Assembly (NCBI GenBank): GCA_964016885.1
Contig: OZ024744.1
Coordinates: forward strand, 26,846,001 to 26,910,000
Direction of reading: 5' to 3'
Origin: Eledone cirrhosa
Taxonomy: Eukaryota
Length of the DNA stretch: 64,000 bases
The translations under genes were made by a program, and so were the position numbers. Shown in pieces: positions 53,501 through 64,000 of the stretch. The notes beneath the pieces are model-generated. The model saw only the letters and a list, made by a program, of their open reading frames with translations. It did not search any database and was not told where the DNA came from. Position 1 is the first letter of the stretch, and every line of letters starts with the position of its first letter.

Positions 53501-56500
53501 TAACCTTAGGGCCAGGGACACCAGAAGTCTCCACTGTTACGGCTAGGCATCTCAGTGCATGTGGTGGTAAGAAAGGAGGTAACCTTAGGGCCAGGGACAC
53601 CAGAAGTCTCCACTGTTACGGCTAGGCATCTCAGTGCATGTGGTGGTAAGAAGGGAGGTAACCTTAGGGCCAGGAACACCAGAAGTCTCCACTGTTACGG
53701 CTAGGCATCTCAGTGCATGTGGTGGTAAGAAGAGAGGTAACCTTAGGACCAGGGACACCAGAAGTCTCCACTGTTACGGCTAGGCATCTCAGTGCATGTG
53801 GTGGTAAGAAGGGAGGTAACCTTAGGGCCAGGGACAGCAGAAGTCTCCACTGCTACGGCTATGCATCTCAGTGTATCTTGTGGTACGAAGGGAGGTAACC
53901 TTACGGCCAAGGACACCAGAAGTCTCCACTGTTACGGCTATGCATCTCAGTGCATGTTGTGGTAAGAAGGGAGGTAACCTTAGGGCCAAGGACACCAGAA
54001 GTCTTCACTGTTACGGCTAGGCATGTCAGTGCATGTGGTGGTAAGAAGGGTGGTAACCTTAGTGCCAGGGACACCAGAAGTCTCCACTGTTACGGCTAGG
54101 CATCTCAGTGCATGTGGTGGTAAGAAAGGAGGTAAACTTAGGGCCAGGTACACCAGAAGTCTCCACTGTTACGGCTAGGCATCTCAGTGCATGTGGTGGT
54201 AAGAAGGGAGGTAACCTTAGGGCCAGGGACACCAGAAGTCTCCACTGTTACGGCTAGGCATCTCAGTGCATGTGGTGGTAAGAAGGGAGGTAACCTTAGG
54301 GCCAGGGACACCAGAAGACTCCACTTTAACGGCTAGGCATCTCAGTGCATGTGGTGGTAAGAAAGGAAGTAACCTTTGGGCCAAGGACACCAGAAGTCTC
54401 CACTGTTACGGCTAGGCATCTCAGTGCATGTGGTGGTAAGAAGGGAGGTAACCTTAGGGCCAGGGACACCAGAAGTCTCCACTGCTACGGCTAGGCATCT
54501 CAGTGCATGTGGTGGTAAGAAGGGAGGTAACCTTAGGGCCAGGGACACCAGAAGTCTCCACTGCTACGGCTAGGCATCTCAGTGCATGTGGTGGTAAGAA
54601 GGAAGTAACCTTAGGGCCAGGTACACCAGAAGTCTCCACTGCTACGGCTAGACATCTCAGTGCATGTGGTGGTAAGAAGTGAGGTAACCTAAGGGCCAGG
54701 GACACCAGAAGTCTCCACTGTTACGGCTAGGCATCTCAGTGCATGTGGTGGTAAGAAGGGAGGTAACCTTAGGGCCAGGGACACCAGATGTCTCCACTGT
54801 TACGGCTAGGCATGTCAGTGCATGAGGTGGTAAGAAGGGAGGTAACCTTAGGGCCAGGGACACCAAAAGTCTCCACTGCTACGGCTAGGCATGTCAGTGC
54901 ATGTGGTGGTAAGAAGGAAGTAACCTCAGGGCCAAGGACACCAGAAGTCTCCACTGTTACGACTAGGCATCTCAGTGCATGTGGTGGTAAGTATGGAGGT
55001 AACCTTAGGGCCAGGGACACCAGAAGTCTCCACTGTTACGGCTAGGCATGTCAGTGCATGTGGTGGTAAGAAAGGAGGTAACCTTAGGGCCAGGGACACC
55101 AGAAGTCTCCACTGCTACGGCTAGGCATCTCAGTGCATGTGGTGGTAAGAAGGAAGTAACCTCAGGGCCAAGGACACCAGAAGTCTCCATTGTTACGGCT
55201 AGGCATCTCAGTGCATGTGGTGGTAAGAAGGGAGGTAACCTTAGGGCCAGGGACACCAGAAGTCTCCACTGCTACGGCTAGGCATCTCAGTGCATGTGGT
55301 GGTAAGAAGGAAGTAACCTTAGGGCCAAGGACACCAGAAGTCTCCACTGTTACGGCTAGGCATCTCAGTGCATGTGGTGGTAAGAAGGGTGGTATCCTTA
55401 GTGCCAGGGACACCAGAAGTCTCCACTTTAACGGCTAGGCATCTCAGTGCATGTGGTGGTAAGAAAGGAAGTAACCTTTGGGCCAAGGACACCAGAAGTC
55501 TCCACTGTTACGGCTAGGCATCTCAGTGCATGTTGTGGTAAGAAGGGAGGTAACCTTAGGGCCAGGGACACCAGAAGTCTCCACTGCTACGGCTAGGCAT
55601 CTCAGTGCATGTGGTGGTAAGAAGGAAGTAACCTTAGGGCCAAGGACACCAGAAGATTCCACTGTTACGGCTAGGCATCTCAGTGCATGTGGTGGTAAGA
55701 AGGGAGGTAACCTTAGGGCCAGGGACACCAGAATTCTCCACTGCTACGGCTAGGCATCTCAGTGCATGTGGTGGTAAGAAGGAAGTAACCTTAGGGCCAA
55801 GGACACCAGAAGTCTCCACTGTTACGGCTAGGCATCTCAGTGCATGTGGTGGTAAGAAGGGAGGTAACCTTAGGGCCAGGGACACCAGAAGTCTCCACTG
55901 TTACGGCTAGGCATCTCAGTGCATGTGGTGGTAAGAAGAGAGGTAACCTTAGGACCAGGGACACCAGAAGTCTCCACTGTTACGGCTAGGCATCTCAGTG
56001 CATGTGGTGGTAAGAAGGGAGGTAACCTTAGGGCCAGGGACAGCAGAAGTCTCCACTGCTACCGCTAGGCATCTCAGTGCATGTGGTGGTAAGAAGGGAG
56101 GTAACCTTAGGGCCAGGGACACCAGAAGTCTCCACTGCTACGGCTAGACATCTCAGTGCATGTGGTGGTAAGAAGGGAGGTAACCTTAGGGCCAGGGACA
56201 CCAGAAGTCTCCACTCTTACGGCTAGGCATCTCAGTGCATGTGGTGGTAAGAAGGGAGGTAACCTTAGGGCCAGGGACACCAGAAGTCTCCACTCTTACG
56301 GCTAGGCATGTCAGTGCATGTGGTGGTAAGAAGGGAGGTAATCTTAGGGCCAGGGACACCAAAAGTCTCCACTGCTACGGCTAGTTATCTCAGTGCATGT
56401 GGTGGTAAGAAGGGAGGTAACCTTAAGGCCAGGGACACCAGAAGACTCCACTGTTACGGCTAGGCATCTCAGTGCATGTGGTGGTAAGTATGGAGGTAAC

Positions 56501-57660
56501 CTTAGGGCCAGGGACACCAGAAGTCTCCACTGTTACGGCTAGGCATGTCAGTGCATGTGGTGGTAAGAAAGGAGGTAACCTTAGGGCCAGGGACACCAGA
56601 AGTCTCCACTGCTACGGCTAGGCATCTCAGTGCATGTGGTGGTAAGAAGGAAGTAACCTTAGGGCCAAGGACACCAGAAGTCTCCACTGCTACGGCTAGG
56701 CATCTCAGTGCATGTGGTGGTAAGAAGGGAGGTAACCTTAGGCCCAGGGACACCAGAAGTCTCCACTGCTACGGCTAGGCATCTCAGTACATGTGGTGGT
56801 AAGAAGGAAGTAACCTTAGGGCCAGGTACACCAGAAGTCTCCACTGCTACGGCTAGACATCTCAGTGCATGTGGTGGTAAGAAGGGAGGTAACCTAAGGG
56901 CCAGGGACACCAGAAGTCTCCACTGTTACGGCTAGGCATCTCAGTGCATGTGGTGGTAAGTATGGAGGTAACCTTAGGGCCAGGGACACCAGAAGTCTCC
57001 ACTGTTACGGCTAGGCATCTCAGTGCATGTGGTGGTAAGAAGGGAGGTAACCTTAGGGCCAGGGACACCAGAAGTCTCCACTGCTACGGCTAGGCATCTC
57101 AGTGCATGTGGTGGTAAGAAGGAAGTAACCTTAGGGCCAAGGACACCAGAAGTCTCCACTGTTACGGCTAGGCATCTCAGTGCATGTGGTGGTAAGAAGG
57201 GTGGTAACCTTAGGGCCAAGGACACCAGAAGTCTCCACTGTTACGGCTAGGCATCTCAGTGCATGTGGTGGTAAGAAAGGAGGTAAACTTAGGGCCAGGG
57301 ACACCAGAAGTCTCCACTGTTACGGCTAGGCATCTCAGTGCATGTGGTGGTAAGTATGGAGGTAACCTTAGGGCCAAGGACACCAGAAGTCTCCACTGCT
57401 ACGGCTAGGCATCTCAGTGCATGTGGTGGTAAGAAGGGAGCTAACCTTAGGGCCAGGGACACCAGAAGTCTCCACTGCTACGGCTAGGCATCTCAGTGCA
57501 TGTGGTGGTAAGAAGGAAGTAACCTTAGGGCCAAGGACACCAGAAGTCTCCACTGTTACGGCTAGGCATCTCAGTGCATGTGGTGGTAAGAAGGGAGGTA
57601 ACCTTCGGGTCAAGGACACCAGAAATCTCCACTGTTACGGCTAGGCATGTCAGTGCATGT
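47587..57660. repeat. Satellite subfamily domain A (second), a copy of about 12990-26200 with whole-monomer indels
   Basis: Rare variants recur in the same order at offsets 34601 (13060 vs 47661), 30818, 30502, 30659 and 30660 (e.g. ORFs 23682 vs 54342 and 24974 vs 55634). Confidence 0.85.
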
Positions 57661-60600
57661 GGTGGTAAGAAGGGGGGTAACCTTAGGGCCAGGGAGACCA
57701 GAAGTCTCCACTGTTACGGCTAGGCATCTCAGTGCATGTGGTGGTAAGAAGGGAGGTAACCTTAGGGCCAGGGACACCAGAAGTCTCCACTGCTACGGCT
57801 AGGCATCTCAGTGCATGTGGTGGCGATAAGGGAGGTAACCTTAGGGCCAGGGACAACAGAAGCCTCCACTCTTACGGCTAGGCATCTCAGTGCATGTGGT
57901 GGTAAGAAGGGAGGTAACATTAGGGCCAGGGAAACCAGAAGTCTCCACTGTTACGGCTAGGCATCTCAGTGCATGTGGAGGTAAGAAGGGAGGTAACCTT
58001 AGGGCCAGGGACACCAGAAGTCTCCACTGTTACGGCTAGGCATCTCAGTGCATGTGGTGGTAAGAAGGGAGGTAACCTTAGGGCCAAGGACACCAGAAGT
58101 CTCCACTGTTACGGCTAGGCATCTCACTGCATGTGGTGGTAAGAAGGGAGCTAACCTTAGGGCCAGGGACAGCAGAAGTCTCCACTGTTACGGCTAGGCA
58201 TCTCAGTGCATGTGGTGGTAAGAAGGGAGGTAACCTTAGGGCCAGGGACACCAGAAGTCTCCACTGTTACGGCTAGGCATCTCAGTGCATGTGGTGGTAA
58301 GAAGGGAGGTAACCTTAGGGCCAAGGACACCAGAAGTCACCACTGTTACGGCTAGGCATCTCACTGCATGTGGTGGTAAGAAGGGAGCTAACCTTAGGGC
58401 CAGGGACAGCAGAAGTCTCCACTGTTACGGCTAGGCATCTCAGTGCATGTGGTGGTAAGAAGGGAGGTAACCTTAGGGCCAAGGACACCAGAAGTCTCCA
58501 CTGTTACGTCTAGGCATCTCAGTGCATGTGGTGGTAAGAAGGGAAGTAACCTTAGGGCCAGGGACACCAAAAGTCTCCACAGTTACGGCTAGTCATGTCA
58601 GTGCATGTGGTGGTAAGAAGGGAGGTAACCTTAGGGCCAGGGACACCAGAAGTCTCCACTGTTACGGCTAGGCATCTCAGTGCATGTGGTGGTAAGAAGG
58701 GAGGTAACCTTAGGGCCAGGGACACCAGAGGTCTCCACTGTTACGGCTAGGCATCTCAGTGCATGTGGTGGTAAGGAGGAAGTAACCTTAGGGCCAGGGA
58801 CACCAGAAGACTCCACTGTTACGGCTAGGCATCTCAGTGCATGTGGTGGTAAGAAGGGAGGTAACCTTAGGGTTTGGGACACCAGAAGTCTCCACTGCTA
58901 CGGCCAGGCATCTCAGTGCATGTGGTGGTAAGAAGGGAGGTAACCTTAGGGCCAGGGACACCAGAAGTCTCCACTGCTACGGCTAGGCATCTCAGTGCAT
59001 GTGGTAGTAAGAAGGGAGGTAACCTTAGGGCCAAGGACACCAGAAGTCTCCACTGTTACGTCTAGGCATCTCAGTGCATGTGGTGGTAAGAAGGGAGGTA
59101 ACCTTAGGGCCAGGAACACCAGAGGTCTCCACTGCTACGGCTAGGCATCTCAGTGCATGTGGTGGTAAGAAGGGAGGTAACCTTAGGGCCAAGGACACCA
59201 GAAGTCTCCACTGTTATGTCTAGGCATCTCAGTGCATGTGGTGGTAAGAATGGAGGTAACCTTAGGGCCAGGCACACCAGAAGTCGTCACTGTTAAGGCT
59301 AGGCATCTCAGTGCATGTGGTGGTAAGAAGGGAGGTAACCTTAGGGTCAGAGACACCAGAAGTCTCGACTGCTAAGGCTAGGCATCTCAGTGCATGTGGT
59401 GGTAAGAAGGGAAGTAACCTTAGGGCCAGGGACACCAGAAGTCTCCACAGTTACGGCTAGGCATGTCAGTGCATGTGGTGGTAAGATGGGAGGTAACCTT
59501 AGGGCCAGGGACACCAGAAGTCTCCACTGTTACGGCTAGGCATCTCAGTGCATGTGGTGGTAAGAAGGGAGGTAACCGTAGGGCCAGGGACACCAGAAGT
59601 CTCCACTGTTACGGCTAGGCATCTCAGTGCATGTGGTGGTAAGAAAAAAGTAACCTTAGGGCCAGGGACACCAGAAGTCTCCACTGTTACGGCTAGGCAT
59701 CTCAGTGCATGTGGTGGTAAGAAGGGAGGTAACCTTAGGGCCAGGGACACCAGAAGTCTCCACTGCTACGGCTAGGCATCTCAGTGCATGTGGTGGCGAT
59801 AAGGGAGGTAACCTTAGGGCCAGGGACAACAGAAGCCTCCACTCTTACGGCTAGGCATCTCAGTGCATGTGGAGGTAAGAAGGGAGGTAACCTTAGGGCC
59901 AGGGACACCAGAAGTCTCCACTGTTACGGCTAGGCATCTCAGTGCATGTGGTGGTAAGAAGGGAGGTAACCTTAGGGCCAAGGACACCAGAAGTCTCCAC
60001 TGTTACGGCTAGGCATCTCACTGCATGTGGTGGTAAGAAGGGAGCTAACCTTAGGGCCAGGGACAGCAGAAGTCTCCACTGTTACGGCTAGGCATCTCAG
60101 TGCATGTGGTGGTAAGAAGAGAGGTAACCTTAGGGCCAGGGACACCAGAAGTCTCCACTGTTACGGCTAGGCATCTCAGTGCATGTGGTGGTAAGAAGGG
60201 AGGTAACCTTAGGGCCAAGGACACCAGAAGTCACCACTGTTACGGCTAGGCATCTCACTGCATGTGGTGGTAAGAAGGGAGCTAACCTTAGGGCCAGGGA
60301 CAGCAGAAGTCTCCACTGTTACGGCTAGGCATCTCAGTGCATGTGGTGGTAAGAAGGGAGGTAACCTTAGGGCCAAGGACACCAGAAGTCTCCACTGTTA
60401 CGTCTAGGCATCTCAGTGCATGTGGTGGTAAGAAGGGAAGTAACCTTAGGGCCAGGGACACCAAAAGTCTCCACAGTTACGGCTTGTCATGTCAGTGCAT
60501 GTGGTGGTAAGAAGGGAGGTAACCTTAGGGCCAGGGACACCAGAAGTCTCCACTGTTACGGCTAGGCATCTCAGTGCATGTGGTGGTAAGAAGGGAGGTA

Positions 60601-63600
60601 ACCTTAGGGCCAGGGACACCAGAGGTCTCCACTGTTACGGCTAGGCATCTCAGTGCATGTGGTGGTAAGGAGGAAGTAACCTTAGGGCCAGGGACACCAG
60701 AAGACTCCACTGTTACGGCTAGGCATCTCAGTGCATGTGGTGGTAAGAAGGGAGGTAACCTTAGGGTTTGGGACACCAGAAGTCTCCACTGCTACGGCCA
60801 GGCATCTCAGTGCATGTGGTGGTAAGAAGGGAGGTAACCTTAGGGCCAGGGACACCAGAAGTCTCCACTGCTACGGCTAGGCATCTCAGTGCATGTGGTA
60901 GTAAGAAGGGAGGTAACCTTAGGGCCAAGGACACCAGAAGTCTCCACTGTTACGTCTAGGCATCTCAGTGCATGTGGTGGTAAGAAGGGAGGTAACCTTA
61001 GGGCCAGGAACACCAGAGGTCTCCACTGCTACGGCTAGGCATCTCAGTGCATGTGGTGGTAAGAAGGGAGGTAACCTTAGGGCCAAGGACACCAGAAGTC
61101 TCCACTGTTATGTCTAGGCATCTCAGTGCATGTGGTGGTAAGAATGGAGGTAACCTTAGGGCCAGGCACACCAGAAGTCGTCACTGTTAAGGCTAGGCAT
61201 CTCAGTGCATGTGGTGGTAAGAAGGGAGGTAACCTTAGGGTCAGAGACACCAGAAGTCTCGACTGCTAAGGCTAGGCATCTCAGTGCATGTGGTGGTAAG
61301 AAGGGAAGTAACCTTAGGGCCAGGGACACCAGAAGTCTCCACAGTTACGGCTAGGCATGTCAGTGCATGTGGTGGTAAGATGGGAGGTAACCTTAGGGCC
61401 AGGGACACCAGAAGTCTCCACTGTTACGGCTAGGCATCTCAGTGCATGTGGTGGTAAGAAGGGAGGTAACCGTAGGGCCAGGGACACCAGAAGTCTCCAC
61501 TGTTACGGCTAGGCATCTCAGTGCATGTGGTGGTAAGAAAAAAGTAACCTTAGGGCCAGGGACACCAGAAGACTCCACTGTTACGCCTAGGCATCTCAGT
61601 GCATGTGGTGGTAAGAAGGGAGGTAACCTTAGAGTTTGGGACACCAGAAGTCTCCACTGCTACGGCCAGGCATCTCAGTGCATGTGGTGGTAAGAAGGGA
61701 GGTAACCTTAGGGCCAGGGACACCAGACGTCTCCACTGCTACGACTAGGCATGTCAGTGCATGTGGTGGTAAGAAAGCAGGTAACCTTAGGGCCAGGGAC
61801 ACCAGAAGTCTCCACTGCTACGGTGAGGCATCTCAGTGCATGTGGTGGTAAGAAGGGAGGTAACCTTAGGGCCAAGGACAGCAGAAGTCTCCACTGCTAC
61901 GGCGAGGAATCTCAGTGCATGTGGTGGTAAGAAAGGAGGTAACCTTAGGGCCAAGGACACCAGAAGCCTCCACTGTTACGACTAGGCATGTCAGTGCATG
62001 TGGTGGTAAGAAAGCAGGTAACCTTAGGGCCAGGGACACCAGAAGTTTCCACTGCTACGGCGAGGCATCTCAGTGCATGTGGATGTAAGAAGGGAGGTAA
62101 CCTTAGGGCCAAGGACACCAGAAGTCTCCACTGTTACGGCTAGGCATGTCAGTGCATGTGGTGGTAAGAAGGAAGTAACCTTAGGGCCAGGCACACCAGA
62201 AGTCTCCACTGCTACGGCTAGGCATCTCAGTGCATGTGGTGGTAAGAAGGGAGGTAACCTTAGGGCCAGGGACACCAGAAGTCTCCACTGCTACGGCTAG
62301 GCATCTCAGTGCATGTGGTGGTAAAAAGGGAGGTAACCTTAGAGCTAGGGACACCAGAAGTCTCCACTGTTACGGCCAGGCATCTCAGTGCATGTGGTGG
62401 TAAGAAGGGGGGTAACCTTAGGGCCAAGGACACCAGAAGTCTCCACTGTTACGGCTAGGAATCTCAGTGCATGTGGTGGTAAGAAGGGAGGTATCCTTAG
62501 GGCCAGGGACAGCAGAAGTATCCACTGTTACGGCTAGGCATCTCAGTTCATGTGGTGGTAAGAAGGGAGGTAACCTTAGGGCCAAGGACACCAGAAGTCT
62601 CCACTGCTACCGCTAGGCATCACAGTGCATGTGGTGGTAAGGAGGGAGGTAACCTTAGGGCCAGGGACACCAGAAGACTCCACCGTTACGGCTAGGCATC
62701 TCAGTGCATGGGTGGTAAGAAGGGAAGTAACCATATGGCCAAGGTCACCAGAAGTCACCACTGCTACGGCTAGGCATCTCAGTGCATGTGGTGGTAAGAA
62801 GGGAGGTAACCTTAGGGCCAGGGACACCAGAAGTCCCCACTGTTACGGCTAGGCATCTCAGTGCATGTGGTGGTAAGAAAGGAGGTAACCTTAGAGCCAA
62901 GGACACCAGAAGTCTCCACTGTTACGGCTAGGCATTTCAGTGCATCTGGTGGTAAGAAGGGAGGTAACCTTAGGGCCAAGGACACCAGAAGTCCCCACTG
63001 CTACGGCTAGGCATCTCAGTGCATGTGGTGGTAAGAAGGGAGGTAACCTTAGGGCCAGGGACACCAGAAGTCTCCACTGTTACGGCTAGGCATGTCAGTG
63101 CATGTGGTGGTAAGTAGGGAGGTAACCTTAGGGTCAGGGACACCAAAAGTCTCCACTGCTACGGCTAGGCATCTCAGTGCATGTGGTGGTTAGAAGGGAG
63201 GTAACCTTAGGGCCAGGGACACCAGAAGACTCCACTGTTACGGCTAGGCATCTCAGTGCATGTGCTGGTACGAAGGGAGGTAACCTTAGGATTTGGGACA
63301 CCAGAATTCTTCACTGCTACGGCCAGGCATCTCAGTGCATGTGGTGGTAAGAAAGGAGGTAACCTTAGGGCCAAGGACACCAGAAGACTCCACTGTTACG
63401 GCTAGGCATCTCAGTTCATGTGGTGGTAAGAAAGGAGGTAAACTTAGGGCCAAGGACACCAGAAGCCTCCACTGTTACGACTAGGCATGTCAGTGCATGT
63501 AGTGGTAAGAAATCAGGTAACCTTAGGGCCAGGGACACCAGAAGTCTCCACTGCTACGGCGAGGCATCTCAGTGCATGTGGTGGTAAGAAGGGAGGTAAC

Positions 63601-64000
63601 CTTAGGGCCAGGGACTCCAGAAGTCTCCACTGTTACGGCTAGGCATGTCAGTGCATGTGGTGGTAAGAAGGGAGCTAACCTTAGGGCCAGGGACAGCAGA
63701 AGTCTCCACTGCTACGGCTAGGCATCTCAGTGCATGTGGTGGTAAGAAGGAAGTAACCTTAGGGCCAAGGACACCAGAAGTCTCCACTGTTACGGCTAGG
63801 CATCTCAATGCATGTGGTGGTAAGAAGGGAGGTAACCTTAGGGCCAGGGACACCAGAAGTCTCCACTGCTACGGCTAGGCATCTCAGTGCATGTGGTGGT
63901 AAGAAGGAAGTAACCTTAGGGCCAAGGACACCAGAAGTCTCCACTGTTACGGCTAGGCATGTCAGTGCATGTGGTGGTAAGAAGGGAGGTAACCTTAGGG
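57661..64000. repeat. Satellite subfamily domain B (second), a copy of about 27870-31996 with an internal duplication
   Basis: GGCGATAAG marker at ~28028 and ~57822. Block ~29141-31996 matches ~61145-64000 at constant offset 32004 (ORFs 30020/62024, 30572/62576, 31598/63602). Confidence 0.85.
57950..61570. repeat. Tandem duplication, period 1894 bp (24 monomers)
   Basis: ORFs 58631/60525, 58874/60768 and 59499/61393. Markers GTGGAGGTAAG (57975/59869) and AAGAAAAAAG (59641/61535). Confidence 0.85.

Larger units (their letters stand above)
1..64000. repeat. Tandem satellite DNA array, 79-bp monomer (78-bp variants common), about 810 copies, head-to-tail, extends beyond both window edges
   Basis: Monomer 1-79 (GGGCCAGGGACACCAGAAGTCTCCACTGCTACGGCTAGGCATCTCAGTGCATGTGGTGGTAAGAAGGGAGGTAACCTGA) recurs continuously to 64000 with only a few substitutions per copy. 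ORF-track coordinates recur at 79/157/158-bp steps. Confidence 0.99.

Noticed and set aside
44-63944. Hundreds of 60-109-aa ORFs on both strands (MSLALRLPPFLPPHALRCLAV..., MHVVVRREVTLGPGTPEVST...)
   Set aside because: They are translations of the monomer. Because 79 is not a multiple of 3, frames rotate and hit TAA/TAG within a few monomers, and longer ORFs arise only where 78-bp variants or stop-removing substitutions occur. No recognisable domain or gene structure.
1-64000. CRISPR array
   Set aside because: The entire unit is repeated, with no unique spacers, no leader and no cas genes.
1-64000. True telomeric or interstitial telomeric tract
   Set aside because: TTAGGG occurs only once per monomer and never in tandem runs.
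1-64000. CENP-B box or a known alpha/minor satellite
   Set aside because: No TTCG....A..CGGG motif in the consensus, and monomer length and composition do not match. The rare CTTCGGG variants do not complete the box.
1-64000. Embedded transposon, inversion or unique island
   Set aside because: Reading through the window, every segment stays in monomer phase and orientation. I saw no foreign sequence, though a very short insertion could be missed by eye.
1-64000. Variant pattern as an information-bearing code or diversity cassette system
   Set aside because: The order of variants is explained by nested duplications and whole-monomer indels. No recombinase, reverse transcriptase or expression locus is present to support a programmed system.

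Overview
The whole 64-kb window is one uninterrupted, head-to-tail, single-orientation satellite array of roughly 810 monomers. The 79-bp consensus is GGGCCAGGGACACCAGAAGTCTCCACTG[C/T]TACGGCTAGGCATCTCAGTGCATGTGGTGGTAAGAAGGGAGGTAACCTTA (about 55% GC, one CpG), and a common 78-bp variant ends ...AAGAAGGAAGTAACCTTA. I see no unique sequence, transposon insertion, inversion, gene or CRISPR spacer. All listed ORFs are translations of the monomer. It looks like eukaryotic heterochromatic satellite (possibly centromeric, pericentromeric or subtelomeric), but I do not recognise the family or the organism. The informative signal is in the variant monomers. Two variant-defined subfamily domains alternate A-B-A-B (about 1-27.9k, 27.9-47.6k, 47.6-57.7k, 57.7-64k), reflecting a ~30-35-kb super-duplication. 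Nested within it are tandem duplications with periods of 4019, 4095/3544, 4259, 4326, 1894, 1340, 943, 314, 237 and 157 bp, all in register with the monomer. Offsets were derived by hand from rare marker variants and the ORF track, so boundaries are approximate. I found no evidence for a novel coding system.
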